From Nitrososphaerota archaeon (lineage in GTDB: Archaea > Thermoproteota > Nitrososphaeria > Nitrososphaerales > UBA57): a stretch of 64,000 bases of DNA. Where the stretch lies: positions 7,166-71,165 of the forward strand of contig JACPSZ010000013.1 of NCBI GenBank assembly GCA_024860875.1. Direction: 5' to 3'. The notes under the pieces were generated by a model. The model was not told the DNA's origin. It saw nothing but the letters and a program-made list of their open reading frames with translations, and searched no databases. Positions 44,045 through 53,770 of the stretch are shown here, in pieces. A program made the position numbers and the translations under genes. How positions within the stretch are numbered: the stretch's first letter is position 1; the number at the start of each line of letters is the position of its first letter.

Positions 44045-44485
44045 TTATCTTACTATGACGACAGAGCATTTAGCATAAGTGACAACTCCGAACGCTACGC
44101 TCCCAAGAAGCACTCTTTTCACCGCTGAGCGGCCTCTTGTTCCCATGACTATCAAGTCATAAGAATTAGTCTTCGCAAATTCTACAATCATATTTGCAAC
44201 AGTGTACCCTGAAACAATTTCTGTTTGCAATGCTACACCATCTTTTTTGGCCATTGTTTTAGCATCGGACAAGACTTTGTTCCCGTACTCCTTAAGCGAA
44301 TCCGATATCTTCGCGTATGTAGCAGCGTCGTAAGGAGGAACGAGAGACGGTTCTTGGACGACATATAAGGCGGTAATATCAACTTTCAGCATCTTGGCCA
44401 TATTAACAGCGAAATTAAGAGCCCTTCTGGACTCATCTGAGCCGTCTACTGGAACCAGAATCTTGCTAACAGGAAGTGAAGACAT
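44045..44485 (-). CDS. universal stress protein (UspA family)
   Basis: ILVPVDGSDES...IVMGTRGRS...LLGSVAFGVVTYAKCSVVIV. Confidence 0.9.
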   Translation of the reverse strand: MSSLPVSKILVPVDGSDESRRALNFAVNMAKMLKVDITALYVVQEPSLVPPYDAATYAKISDSLKEYGNKVLSDAKTMAKKDGVALQTEIVSGYTVANMIVEFAKTNSYDLIVMGTRGRSAVKRVLLGSVAFGVVTYAKCSVVIVR

Positions 44486-44849
44486 TCACTCAAACATCCT
44501 ACCTAAAGCTGATGACAGGATCAAGACTTACTCGTGTTCCGCTATATAGAGTTAATTTTTGCATACCCTATTATTGACATCAGGGAAGGAAAGGTCTTGC
44601 ACCTAATATGTATGGGATCCCTCCCCAGCACCAATATTGCAAGTATCAGGATCGTATCACTAAGCCACCTCCGTTCCACCTTCTAGGATCTGTCTTCCAT
44701 CCGGGTTCCTTATCAAGCATACAAATGAATAGGCTTATGGTGAAAGTTTGAGACCGCGCTATGCTCAAGAGATAAAGGTCTTGCAGAAGCCTGAGGGGAT
44801 ATTCCTTGTCACGCTCGGTCTCTTTCTCGCAAGTCGGTTACGTAAGAAC

Positions 44850-45100
44850 AAATCTTAACCAAATACTGTATTCACACCCACAAGTCTAGAAGTAGAAAAC
44901 TGATCATGACGGGTTTGGACACGATTCGTGGGGCTATAAACTCAACAGATGGCAAAATGATACGAGGGGTAATCAAGTCGGGTGGGGACTTCCGATTTGA
45001 ATTTGAAGCGCGTTCTGCTGGCGAGTTTTATTTTCAATGCAACATGTACTGCGGTGTCGGTTGCGAGAACCTGAAGGGGCTCATAATGGGGGAACCATAG
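44850..45100 (+). pseudogene. decayed cupredoxin / CuA-like domain gene in at least three frames
   Basis: Own translations by frame: VFTPTSLEVEN* ; DGFGHDSWGYKLN... ; GDFRFEFEARSAGEFYFQCNMYCGVGCENLKG. The last has a CuA-like C-x3-C-G-x-G layout, but the His and Met positions are Cys and Leu. Confidence 0.35.
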
Positions 45101-45235
45101 GAAATCCTTAAGAGAAGAAGGATAAAGAAAAGAAGCTATTAGGGAATGATAGTGGCCTGAAGAGTTTGGTCTATGCTATGGTATCATTAGGCTTATTTTC
45201 GATCACAAGATCGATTCAAGCCTCCTACGAATCAT

Positions 45236-46216
45236 GTGGATCTGGTAGGGATGACATTAAGAGATATTCTGTCTAACAAACCGGTGATCTATGAAGTTGT
45301 ACCACCAAAGTTAGGTTCTTCCGAATCTGAAATAGCTAGGAGAATAGAACATCTTGAAAGGGTTCTTCAGGATAAAAGAATAGATGCGATAAATATTCCT
45401 GAACTTATGGAAAGGAAAGAGACTAACGGAGAGGTCACTTATGTTCCCACTACCATACCGCCAGAGGAATACGCCGCAATCATTGGTGGTAGCAAAGAGA
45501 AGATTGCTAACATTGTAGCTCCGCGCTTACTACAAAGGGATTTCATAAAGAGGGTAAGAGGACTGGAGAAGTATGACATTAGGAATCTAGTCCTAGTCGG
45601 CAAGGCTAGGCATTCTGATGTTCTGCCTGGGCCAAGCGTTGTAAAGGCTATGGAATTGGTATCGGCGGTGAATGAAGAGCACCCTGGGGAAAAGATGGGC
45701 ATATTGCTTGGAGGTATATGCATATTCAATAGAAACAAGAAGACGTATCATGGATATGAGGCACCTGGTAGGGAATTAGATGAGTATGAGAGAGTGGCAA
45801 TAAAGGCTAGGTACGGTTGCAGATTTGTTACGAGCCAGATAAACTACGACTCGATAGCTGCCATAAAGTTCCTTACAAATTATGCAAATTATTGCAAACA
45901 AACACGTGGAAGGCCCGTAACAGTATTCGTGAGTCTTTCCAGCATAAAATCACTCAGCATACTATCGCTTTTAACCGAGGGGTTAGAGGTCTACATACCA
46001 AGTGAGATTAGGAGAACGTTGCAGCAGGAACCTGATAGGATTGGGGAGCTCTCTGTAGACACGGCAACCGAGGTTTTTTCAGAGATAATCGATTCGATGA
46101 AGTCGAATAAGATAGACATTCGCATAGGTTTGCACATCGAGCAAGTTAGTATAGCCGGGGCAGATCTATCGCTGGAACTTCTCGATAGAACCTACCCTTT
46201 GCTAAAGAGTTTGTAA
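45236..46216 (+). CDS. methylenetetrahydrofolate-reductase (MTHFR/MetF)-like TIM-barrel protein
   Basis: VIYEVVPPK start of barrel and GCRFVTSQINYDSIAAIKFL resembling GADF.ITQ.FFD. This is a weak by-eye assignment. Confidence 0.4.
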   Translation: MDLVGMTLRDILSNKPVIYEVVPPKLGSSESEIARRIEHLERVLQDKRIDAINIPELMERKETNGEVTYVPTTIPPEEYAAIIGGSKEKIANIVAPRLLQRDFIKRVRGLEKYDIRNLVLVGKARHSDVLPGPSVVKAMELVSAVNEEHPGEKMGILLGGICIFNRNKKTYHGYEAPGRELDEYERVAIKARYGCRFVTSQINYDSIAAIKFLTNYANYCKQTRGRPVTVFVSLSSIKSLSILSLLTEGLEVYIPSEIRRTLQQEPDRIGELSVDTATEVFSEIIDSMKSNKIDIRIGLHIEQVSIAGADLSLELLDRTYPLLKSL

Positions 46217-46294
46217 TTGGGGACCCCTCAACGAGACACTGGTGTGATCCTTGCCGCGTTGGATTATCTCTGACCCGTGCCCGTTTGGGTAAAC

Positions 46295-46696
46295 CTATTT
46301 CTTCTTGACGATGACCTTCCCCACCATCCATTCATGTGGTTGGCAGTGGTACTTGTATTCACCCGGCTCACTAAAAGTGTAAGACCAACTTTCGTTAGGT
46401 GCTAGCAAGCTTGATTTGAAAAGATCTTGATCGCTAGTAACATCGTGCAAAGCACTCCCGGTAATGTCTTTATTCGTCCACACCACAGTGTTGTTGACGC
46501 CTATTACTACGGTTATCTCGCTTGGCCGGAAATATTCCTGATCAGGATACTTTTTGTAAGAGTTGTCGGCCATAATTATGTTAACTTCTTTAATCACCTG
46601 CTTAACTTCTCTCGGCATAAGTAAGCTAGGTGCAAGCACCATAGCTGTTGCCACAACTATCACAGCTACTATAACAGCTACGAGGACTCGTTTCAT
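46295..46696 (-). CDS. membrane-anchored plastocyanin-like blue copper protein
   Basis: N-terminal TM helix. ALHDVTS ... YKYHCQPHEWMVGKV gives canonical His, Cys-x2-His-x3-Met. Confidence 0.8.
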   Translation of the reverse strand: MKRVLVAVIVAVIVVATAMVLAPSLLMPREVKQVIKEVNIIMADNSYKKYPDQEYFRPSEITVVIGVNNTVVWTNKDITGSALHDVTSDQDLFKSSLLAPNESWSYTFSEPGEYKYHCQPHEWMVGKVIVKKK

Positions 46697-46872
46697 GGAC
46701 GATTTGCACCTGAAGGCTTAAGCAGAGGACATTCATAGATAGGAGCTGGTAAAAGCATCATAATACTGCAGCGGCCATGATTAGTTATCTCTTACTGTTT
46801 TAGGTTACGGATTTCTATGCTCAAACGTTATAACACCTTTCCTAAGGCCAAGCAGATCAAGGCAAAACTGCC

Positions 46873-47856
46873 ATGAGCCTGCAAAGATCAACCATAGAAA
46901 GAGCGGAAAAGGAGGGCAAGGTGCTAATCTATGGCACAGTCGAAAAAGACGAATTTGCAGGCTGGAAAAAAGCTTTTGAGAGGAAGTATCCCTCGATCGA
47001 GATAGATTATCGGAGAGAGTACGTCTACGGAACTCCTCCTCCAATGGCCAAGAAGATAATGCAGGAAATCAAAGAGGGCAAGGAAACTGCTGATGCAGTT
47101 ATAGCTACTGTGCCTCCGATGATGCAGATACGGGAATTGAACCTCATTTCAAAAGTCAAGCTCGAAGAGGCTGAAGCGTATCCCGAGGATGTTCGCCAAA
47201 AAGACGGCTACTGGTTCCCCATAGTCTCTATACCGATAGTCCAAATCTACAATCCAAAACTAGTTTCCAAAAAAGAGCTTCCAAAGACAGCCCTCGATTT
47301 GACATCGCCGAAGTGGAAAGATGCTATTGTATTGCACGACATGACTCTCGGGACATTGGGAGCTTACTGGCTTGCTTCTTTAAGGCCAATTTTCGGAGAA
47401 AAGAAATGGGGCAAGTTCGTTCACGGGCTTGCAGCAAACAAACCGAAAGCCTTCCCGCTCTATGACAACATAGTTGATTCGGTCACGAGCGGTGAGACAA
47501 GGATAGGTCTGACGACTCTCCTACACGATCTTATGAAGGCTAAGGAGGCAAAGAGAAACATAGCGAGGCTCACTTTGAAAGACGTCCCAATCTTAACATC
47601 GTTCAACGCTATTGCAAAGACAAATGCAGGCAAGCACCCTGCTTCTGCAGGGCTCGTTATAGATTTCCTGATTTCCAGTTCAGGTCAAAAGAAGATCGGG
47701 AGCACTTACGTGAGGATACCTGCAAGGCCCGGTATCGATGCTCCGTATAGCATAGACAAACTGGTCAGGAAGGAAAAGACGGTCGTGTTTCCTAATACAC
47801 TAATGTTGCCGAGTGTATTAGATTCTATCAAACTCTTCGGAAAACTCTTTAAGTAA
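46873..47856 (+). CDS. Fe3+-type (solute-binding family 1) binding protein without signal peptide
   Basis: KVLIYGTVEKDEFAGWKKAFERKYPSIEIDY... There is an in-frame stop 30 nt upstream of the ATG, so no leader is possible. Confidence 0.6.
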   Translation: MSLQRSTIERAEKEGKVLIYGTVEKDEFAGWKKAFERKYPSIEIDYRREYVYGTPPPMAKKIMQEIKEGKETADAVIATVPPMMQIRELNLISKVKLEEAEAYPEDVRQKDGYWFPIVSIPIVQIYNPKLVSKKELPKTALDLTSPKWKDAIVLHDMTLGTLGAYWLASLRPIFGEKKWGKFVHGLAANKPKAFPLYDNIVDSVTSGETRIGLTTLLHDLMKAKEAKRNIARLTLKDVPILTSFNAIAKTNAGKHPASAGLVIDFLISSSGQKKIGSTYVRIPARPGIDAPYSIDKLVRKEKTVVFPNTLMLPSVLDSIKLFGKLFK

Positions 47857-47926
47857 GCTACACGCGTAATAATAATTCTAACACTAGTAATATATGCTTT
47901 CTAAAAATTTCTTACACTGAAGCCGC

Positions 47927-49060
47927 ATGGTTTCGCAAAAAATTGTAATAGGACTTGTAGCGGTAGTAGTACTGATTGGTGCAGGCATCTTTCTATCCAT
48001 GCCAATGCAGAGTCAAACTGTAGCACCTGCAGCGCCAGCCCCCGGACCTCAGGCACCTGCAGCTCCGGCTCCACAACCCGGACCTGCTCCACCTGCTGCA
48101 TATGAAGCTCCCCCGTCAGGACTGGTCCGTGTTTACGGAAGCGTTGATGCCGAAGATATGAGGCCGATCATAAAGGCGTTCCAAGAGAAATACCCCTTTG
48201 TCGCAGTGGACTATGTTAGAGGCTCTCCAGCCGAGGTATTCACAAGAGTTACCACGGAACTAAAGGCAACCGGAAAATCTGCAGATGCGGTTCTAGTAAG
48301 CTTTCCAGGTACCCTGCAGCTGCTTCAACAAAATGTCTTTACACCCTATAAATCTCCCAATGCAGCTACATTCCCAGCCACTCTGGCGGACCCTGAAGGG
48401 ATGTGGACAGCAGTCGTATTGCTCGGTCAGACGATCACATATAACAAGAACCTTGTTCCTGCATCAGAACTTCCAAAGAGCTTGGCTGACCTGACAAACC
48501 CGAAGTGGAAAGGCAAAATAACAATGCATGACTACACACTTGGAACTACTTCAACTCAAATATGGGCCTCTCTGGCAGAAAAGATAGGCAAAGCCAAAGT
48601 TACAAAGTTCCTTGCAGACATGGAAGCAAACGGGGTAAGAAGAACGGCAAGCACAAGTGCTCAAGCTGATGAAGTATCAAGAGGAGAATTCGCAATAGGG
48701 ATAGTAGCACAAGTTCACGACGTAGTTAGGTTAAAGCTAGCAGGAGCTCCGATAGAAATTCTGCAGCTGTCTGACTTCCCCATAATGGTAGCTCCAAGCC
48801 CTATATCACTGATGAAGACTGCGGAGAACCCTAGAGCTGCTAAGCTATTCATCGACTACCTGCTTACTGATGACGCGCAGAGGGCCATTGGAAACATAGA
48901 GGTAAGGTTCCCTGCAAAGCCCGGCGTAGATGCAAAGTTCAATCTGGACAAAGCTCTTCCAGCGGGAATCGAGAAGTTCAACTATCCAACCCCAACCGTC
49001 TTCACGACCATAAATCAGTGGACTACGGAATTCAAGGCTATAGCGGCGGCGAAGAGGTAA
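47927..49060 (+). CDS. Fe3+-type ABC substrate-binding protein, N-terminal TM anchor and Pro/Ala linker
   Basis: TM helix, APAAPAPGPQAPAAPAPQPGPAPP linker, then VRVYGSVDAEDMRPIIKAFQEKYPFVAVDY. Confidence 0.75.
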   Translation: MVSQKIVIGLVAVVVLIGAGIFLSMPMQSQTVAPAAPAPGPQAPAAPAPQPGPAPPAAYEAPPSGLVRVYGSVDAEDMRPIIKAFQEKYPFVAVDYVRGSPAEVFTRVTTELKATGKSADAVLVSFPGTLQLLQQNVFTPYKSPNAATFPATLADPEGMWTAVVLLGQTITYNKNLVPASELPKSLADLTNPKWKGKITMHDYTLGTTSTQIWASLAEKIGKAKVTKFLADMEANGVRRTASTSAQADEVSRGEFAIGIVAQVHDVVRLKLAGAPIEILQLSDFPIMVAPSPISLMKTAENPRAAKLFIDYLLTDDAQRAIGNIEVRFPAKPGVDAKFNLDKALPAGIEKFNYPTPTVFTTINQWTTEFKAIAAAKR

Positions 49061-49104
49061 AACCTTCTTCCCCCTCTTTTCATTTTTTACGGTAGACCTG
49101 CCAG

Positions 49105-50802
49105 ATGAGGCTTACAACTAATCCCGTATCGATAGTCTTTTGGGCAGTTTTAGCATTTACAATATTTCTGATAATTTACCCTATTTCATTCCTTCTTTAT
49201 GGAAGTCTCTGGAGCAGCGATCCAGGCGACCCAGGCTATTTTACGCTGATCCACTATATTACAGCATTCTCAGATCCGTACACCGTTACCCTGCTCTCTA
49301 ACTCATTCACATACGCATTGGGAAGTGCTCTGCTGGCAGTATCTATAGGATCGATCCTAGCATTCATCGCAGTAAGAACTGACGCACCCTTGAGAAGGCA
49401 GTTTAGGTTCCTCCCCTTCCTCCCCATAGTTCTGCCCGGCTTTGTTGATAATTTGGCGTGGTTATACCTGTTCAGCCCAAGATCCGGTCTTGCAAACGTC
49501 ATGTTCCGAGACTTGATTGGAATCACCGACCCGCTAAGTGATGTGGCCTTGTTCAACATCTATAGCATGGCAGGGATGATATGGGTGATGGGAATTTCTC
49601 TTGTACCGACATCATATTTGGTAATATCTGCAGCCTTTACTGCAATGGATTCCAGTCTCGAGGAAGCTGCAAGGGTCGCAGGCTCCCGGATAACAACGAT
49701 CATAAGAAAGATTACAGTTCCAATAATGCTGCCAGCGATACTCTCAGTGTTTCTGCTTGTCTTCATAATCGCCTTTGAATCGTTCGAAACTCCTGCAATG
49801 ATAGGGTTGCCAGCCAGAATCGATGTCTTCATGTCTGAGATTTACCGTGCTGTCGTGGGTTCTATACCGCCTAACTACGGTCTGGCGACTGCTCATGCAA
49901 TGATTCTCCTGTTGATCACATTATCGCTGATCTTCATGTACAGAAGATCGGTCAGAAGGGCGGAGAAGTTTCAAGTTATAACGGGAAAGGGCTATCATCC
50001 AAGGATCATCCACCTTGGAAAATGGAAATACCTTGGTACGGGAATTCTAGTAACGTACCTTGTAGTTCACATAGGCCTGATGTTCTCCACCGTAGCACTG
50101 CTGTCGTTTCAGCCGTTCTGGAATCCCAGAGACCTACTTTCCAACATGACGCTAAAGCATTACTACCTAGTTTTTGACAGGTCTGACATACTGCGAAGCC
50201 TCATCAATAGCTGGATAGTTTGTGGTGCTGCAGCATCGATAGTTTTGCTTATGGCTGCTATGATATCATACATCTCTAGGAGGAGCACATTCAGGTGGAA
50301 GGGACTCCTAGAAGGAGTGGGAACCCTTCCGATAGCGTTTCCGGGTTTCGTTATAGGTCTGGGGTTCCTGTGGACTTTCCTGACTCTCCCGTTGCAAATA
50401 TATGGAACTCTTATTGTCATAGTGCTTGCATTTTTGGTGAAGTATCTTCCTCACGGGATAAGGTTCACTGCTGGTGCAGTTGTACAGATTCATCGTGATC
50501 TTGAAGAATCGTCATCGATAGTAGGAGCACAGTGGACGACTACGGTAAGGAGGATAACCCTGCCTCTTTTGAGGTCAGCAATGTTTTCGGGCTGGATCTA
50601 TGTCTTCGTCATAAGTTTCAAGGAGCTGAGCTCAATAATCTTCCTTATTACGCCCAGAAACGAGGTTCTGGCGACCACGCTTTGGGATCTTTGGGTGAAC
50701 GGCAGTGTCGAAATACTTGCTGCAGCGAGCGTCCTTCTTACGGTCTTGCTGTGGATTATAGTCTTCATATCCATCAACATATTCAGGCTAAGGCTACGGT
50801 AA
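49105..50802 (+). CDS. two-domain ABC permease (FbpB/AfuB-like)
   Basis: 565 aa with duplicated permease modules, each carrying an EEAA/EESS..G...T loop (LEEAARVAGSRITT ; LEESSSIVGAQWTT). Confidence 0.8.
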   Translation: MRLTTNPVSIVFWAVLAFTIFLIIYPISFLLYGSLWSSDPGDPGYFTLIHYITAFSDPYTVTLLSNSFTYALGSALLAVSIGSILAFIAVRTDAPLRRQFRFLPFLPIVLPGFVDNLAWLYLFSPRSGLANVMFRDLIGITDPLSDVALFNIYSMAGMIWVMGISLVPTSYLVISAAFTAMDSSLEEAARVAGSRITTIIRKITVPIMLPAILSVFLLVFIIAFESFETPAMIGLPARIDVFMSEIYRAVVGSIPPNYGLATAHAMILLLITLSLIFMYRRSVRRAEKFQVITGKGYHPRIIHLGKWKYLGTGILVTYLVVHIGLMFSTVALLSFQPFWNPRDLLSNMTLKHYYLVFDRSDILRSLINSWIVCGAAASIVLLMAAMISYISRRSTFRWKGLLEGVGTLPIAFPGFVIGLGFLWTFLTLPLQIYGTLIVIVLAFLVKYLPHGIRFTAGAVVQIHRDLEESSSIVGAQWTTTVRRITLPLLRSAMFSGWIYVFVISFKELSSIIFLITPRNEVLATTLWDLWVNGSVEILAAASVLLTVLLWIIVFISINIFRLRLR

Positions 50803-50858
50803 TGCCAGAACCAGCATTGCGAAATACTTAATTTACTGTCTGTAAAAAATCATGCCAA

Positions 50859-51575
50859 GTGGTTACCTTGAAGGCCCAAACCAAGCAATCGTACGTCTGG
50901 TCTCTGATTGAAGAAGGACGGAAGAGGTTCCCCGAGCAACATCCCTTCATGAAACTCCTCTACGATGGAAAACTCACTCTCGATCAACTTAAAGGGTGGG
51001 CGATAAACAGATATTATTTCCACAGCCATATACCAGAAAAGGAAGCTGCAATAGCAGCAAATTGCCCTCCGGATGTCAGGCAGTTGTGGATAGAGAAGCT
51101 GATCGAGGAAGCTGGAGAAAAAGGAAAGCCCTCGCACCCTGATTTATGGCTGAGGTTCTGCAAGGATTTAGGATTGTCAAAGGAGCAAGTGATGAAGGCT
51201 GAAGTTCTTCCTGCAGTAAGAATGGCAGTTGATGGATATCTTAACATTGCAAGGTACAGGCCTTGGATGGTCGGCGTAGCTGGATCGCTGACGGAGCATC
51301 TTGTGCCTAAAAGAATGGAGAAGATGATAGAGACTTTCAAGAAACACTATCCTTTCGTAACCGAAGAGGGCATGACATTCTTCAAGGAGCACATGGTTGC
51401 CGATGTCGAGCACGGCGAACTGACGATAGACATTGTCGAGAAGTATTCTCATGCTCCGGAGGCTCAGGTACAGATACGCGAAGGCTACTTCTACAAGATA
51501 GACATGCACAGGGTAATACTCGATGCTGTATACTTCGAATACGTGCTCAAGAAACAGTTGAAACTTCCACCATGA
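50859..51575 (+). CDS. pqqC: pyrroloquinoline-quinone synthase PqqC-family protein
   Basis: HPFMKLLYDGKLTLDQLKGWAINRYYFHSHIPEKEAAIAANCPPDVRQLWIEKLIEE...DLWLRFCKDLGLS...VLPAVRMAVDGYLNIAR...ADVEHG aligns closely with my memory of bacterial PqqC (HPYH..M..G....Q.Q.WV.NRFYYQ..IP.KDAAI.ANCPD...RR.W.QRI.DHDG..). Confidence 0.8.
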   Translation: MVTLKAQTKQSYVWSLIEEGRKRFPEQHPFMKLLYDGKLTLDQLKGWAINRYYFHSHIPEKEAAIAANCPPDVRQLWIEKLIEEAGEKGKPSHPDLWLRFCKDLGLSKEQVMKAEVLPAVRMAVDGYLNIARYRPWMVGVAGSLTEHLVPKRMEKMIETFKKHYPFVTEEGMTFFKEHMVADVEHGELTIDIVEKYSHAPEAQVQIREGYFYKIDMHRVILDAVYFEYVLKKQLKLPP

Positions 51576-51847
51576 AGCTTCTTTCCAATGCTGATGTCAG
51601 GGAGAAACTAAAGTCTGTAGAGGGCTGGAAGGTCAAAGGAAACAAGATACAGAAGATCCACAAGTTCAGGAAGTATATGGACGGCATAAAATTCGTCAAC
51701 AAACTAGCGGAGCTTGCGGAGAAGGAGGAACATCATCCCGACATTACTATTATATGGACTACTGTTACGGTTGAATTGACTACGCACGATGCTGGAGGAT
51801 TAACCCTCTACGACATTAAAATGGCAAAGAAGATCAACGAAGTCTAG
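51572..51847 (+). CDS. pterin-4a-carbinolamine dehydratase (PCD/DCoH)
   Basis: EGWKV...F..F......F.N.LAELAEKEEHHPDI...W..V.V.LTTHDAGGLT..D. Confidence 0.85.
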   Translation: MKLLSNADVREKLKSVEGWKVKGNKIQKIHKFRKYMDGIKFVNKLAELAEKEEHHPDITIIWTTVTVELTTHDAGGLTLYDIKMAKKINEV

Positions 51848-52994
51848 TTTTGGCAGGGTCTTTTGCAAATACCAGCAAAATACCTGTAATTCCGACTATT
51901 AATGCTGTTACATAGAAAGGATAGGGTTCAACATAAGCTCCAGTTCTCTGCCCTGCAAGGTATCCCAATGCTAAAGGGCCAATGACAAAACCCAAGTCTC
52001 CCATCATCCGGTTGGCTCCCATGACAGTTCCCATCCTCTCTTTCGGGCCTACATCTGCAGCCCATGCCGAAGTCTGGCCCCATGCTCCAGTCGCTAATCC
52101 ATATATCAATCCATAGAGGAAGAAGGTTTCCAGATTTGAAGATGATGCTAAAAGAATTGCTGCTAGCGCCGAAATTAGATAGCTCGTAACCATTGGAATC
52201 TTTCTACCTAACCTGTCGCTAAGCCTTCCAATGATCAGAGTTGAAAACAGATTTGCAAGAGCAGCTGAAGCTAATACCAATCCAAGAGAAGTTGGCGATA
52301 TGTTGAGGTTGTCGTAAGCGAATATGGGCACGACTGTCAATTCGAGTCCTGTCCACATGAACGCCATCGCTAAAGTTGCAACGCTGATCAATAGTTGCGA
52401 CCTGTTAGATAGAATTCTAAAGTCAATTTCGTGTTTATGCACAGATGATTTTTCATTGCCTGCAATAGTAAAGTGTGAAATTAGCATGCTTATGGCTGCA
52501 AGTGCTGCATAGACGAGGAAGGGAGAGTTCTTTCCCCATAGTGGGGTTACAATTCCTCCCACTGCAGGCCCGACTGTGCCTCCGAGCAGTATCGCTGCTG
52601 TGTAATAACTTATCATTTTCCCTCTGCTTGCAAGCTCAGTAGAAGTGCTGACTATCGTCGCTGCAGTTGTAACATAAAGTGCCGAACCTATTCCCTCGAA
52701 TATCCTTGCCGAAAGCAGGAGCCAGTAGTTCGGCGCCAGAGCCGCTGCAACTGATGAAACTGCTATTATTGCTAGACCGATCTGCAAAACCTTCTTCTCG
52801 CTAATCCTTTCTGCCAAAATCCCTGCAGGAACATCGAATATCACTCTGGCAACTCCGAAGCCTGCTATCAGAGCTCCGATCATGATGTCGCTCGCACCAA
52901 GATCCCTAGCGTAAAGCGGCAATGCAGGAACTATGATCGATAGACCCATCACTACGAAGAAAGCGACTAGGTAGATCGGCGCTATGGATGGCAA
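51834..52994 (-). CDS. MFS transporter
   Basis: 386 aa, about 12 TM helices, with GRLSDRLGRK loop motif. Confidence 0.8.
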   Translation of the reverse strand: MPSIAPIYLVAFFVVMGLSIIVPALPLYARDLGASDIMIGALIAGFGVARVIFDVPAGILAERISEKKVLQIGLAIIAVSSVAAALAPNYWLLLSARIFEGIGSALYVTTAATIVSTSTELASRGKMISYYTAAILLGGTVGPAVGGIVTPLWGKNSPFLVYAALAAISMLISHFTIAGNEKSSVHKHEIDFRILSNRSQLLISVATLAMAFMWTGLELTVVPIFAYDNLNISPTSLGLVLASAALANLFSTLIIGRLSDRLGRKIPMVTSYLISALAAILLASSSNLETFFLYGLIYGLATGAWGQTSAWAADVGPKERMGTVMGANRMMGDLGFVIGPLALGYLAGQRTGAYVEPYPFYVTALIVGITGILLVFAKDPAKTRLR

Positions 52995-53017
52995 CGCATC
53001 AGTGCCCGAATATCATT

Positions 53018-53617
53018 CTACTTTGAGAAGTGCTCTGCTATTTGCTTGCGGAGCGTTGGCTTCATCCTGTTCAGCCTTGCCTCGAGCGTATTGTCAAATC
53101 TTATTGAACCATCAGCAGTTGCTGCTTTTACCCCTCCTACGCAAACTATGGACTTGTCTGCAACTGAAACATCTATGCTCTTGGAGACCTGCTTTGCGAT
53201 GCCTTTTACAAGACTCTTATCTTCGTTATTGCACGACAAAATAACTTTCTTTGCTCCTACTGCCTCTACAGCCTCTGCAGCCATCTTTCTCATAGCTTCT
53301 TTGTACTCTTTGGGCTTGTTCTTGGCTAATTTGCCTAGAGCGTTTTCAAAGACCTTGTTTATGTTGTCCTCAACTAATCTTAATGACTTGTTTCGTGCTT
53401 CTAATTCTGCGCTTCCAATTATCCTTCTTGAGAGGCTTTCTACTTGTCTGTCTTTAGAGGATAGAATCTTGCCCGCTTCAACCTCCGCCTCCCTCTGAGC
53501 CTGATAGATTATGTCTTCACCCTCCATCTTGCCAGACTCGAGAATCTTCAATATCTCCTGCTTCGCCTCTTCAACTACCTTACCAACTACATTGTCAAGA
53601 GCAGACTGCGCTATCAT
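53018..53617 (-). CDS. atpE: A/V-type ATP synthase subunit E
   Basis: The long charged N-terminal helix (EAKQEILKILESGKMEGEDIIYQAQREAEVEAGKIL) and globular C-terminal domain are typical of AtpE. Confidence 0.65.
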   Translation of the reverse strand: MIAQSALDNVVGKVVEEAKQEILKILESGKMEGEDIIYQAQREAEVEAGKILSSKDRQVESLSRRIIGSAELEARNKSLRLVEDNINKVFENALGKLAKNKPKEYKEAMRKMAAEAVEAVGAKKVILSCNNEDKSLVKGIAKQVSKSIDVSVADKSIVCVGGVKAATADGSIRFDNTLEARLNRMKPTLRKQIAEHFSK

Positions 53618-53770
53618 TTTTGAACTATGTCAATGGGCATTTTTGCGACTAATTTATCTGTTTTCATGCCTAAGGATTACACAAATCCGTTCTGTTAGCT
53701 TTAGGGGACATCGACATCCCAACAATTAACACGCCTCACGGATTTAGAACCCGAAGAGATAATCGGCAGA

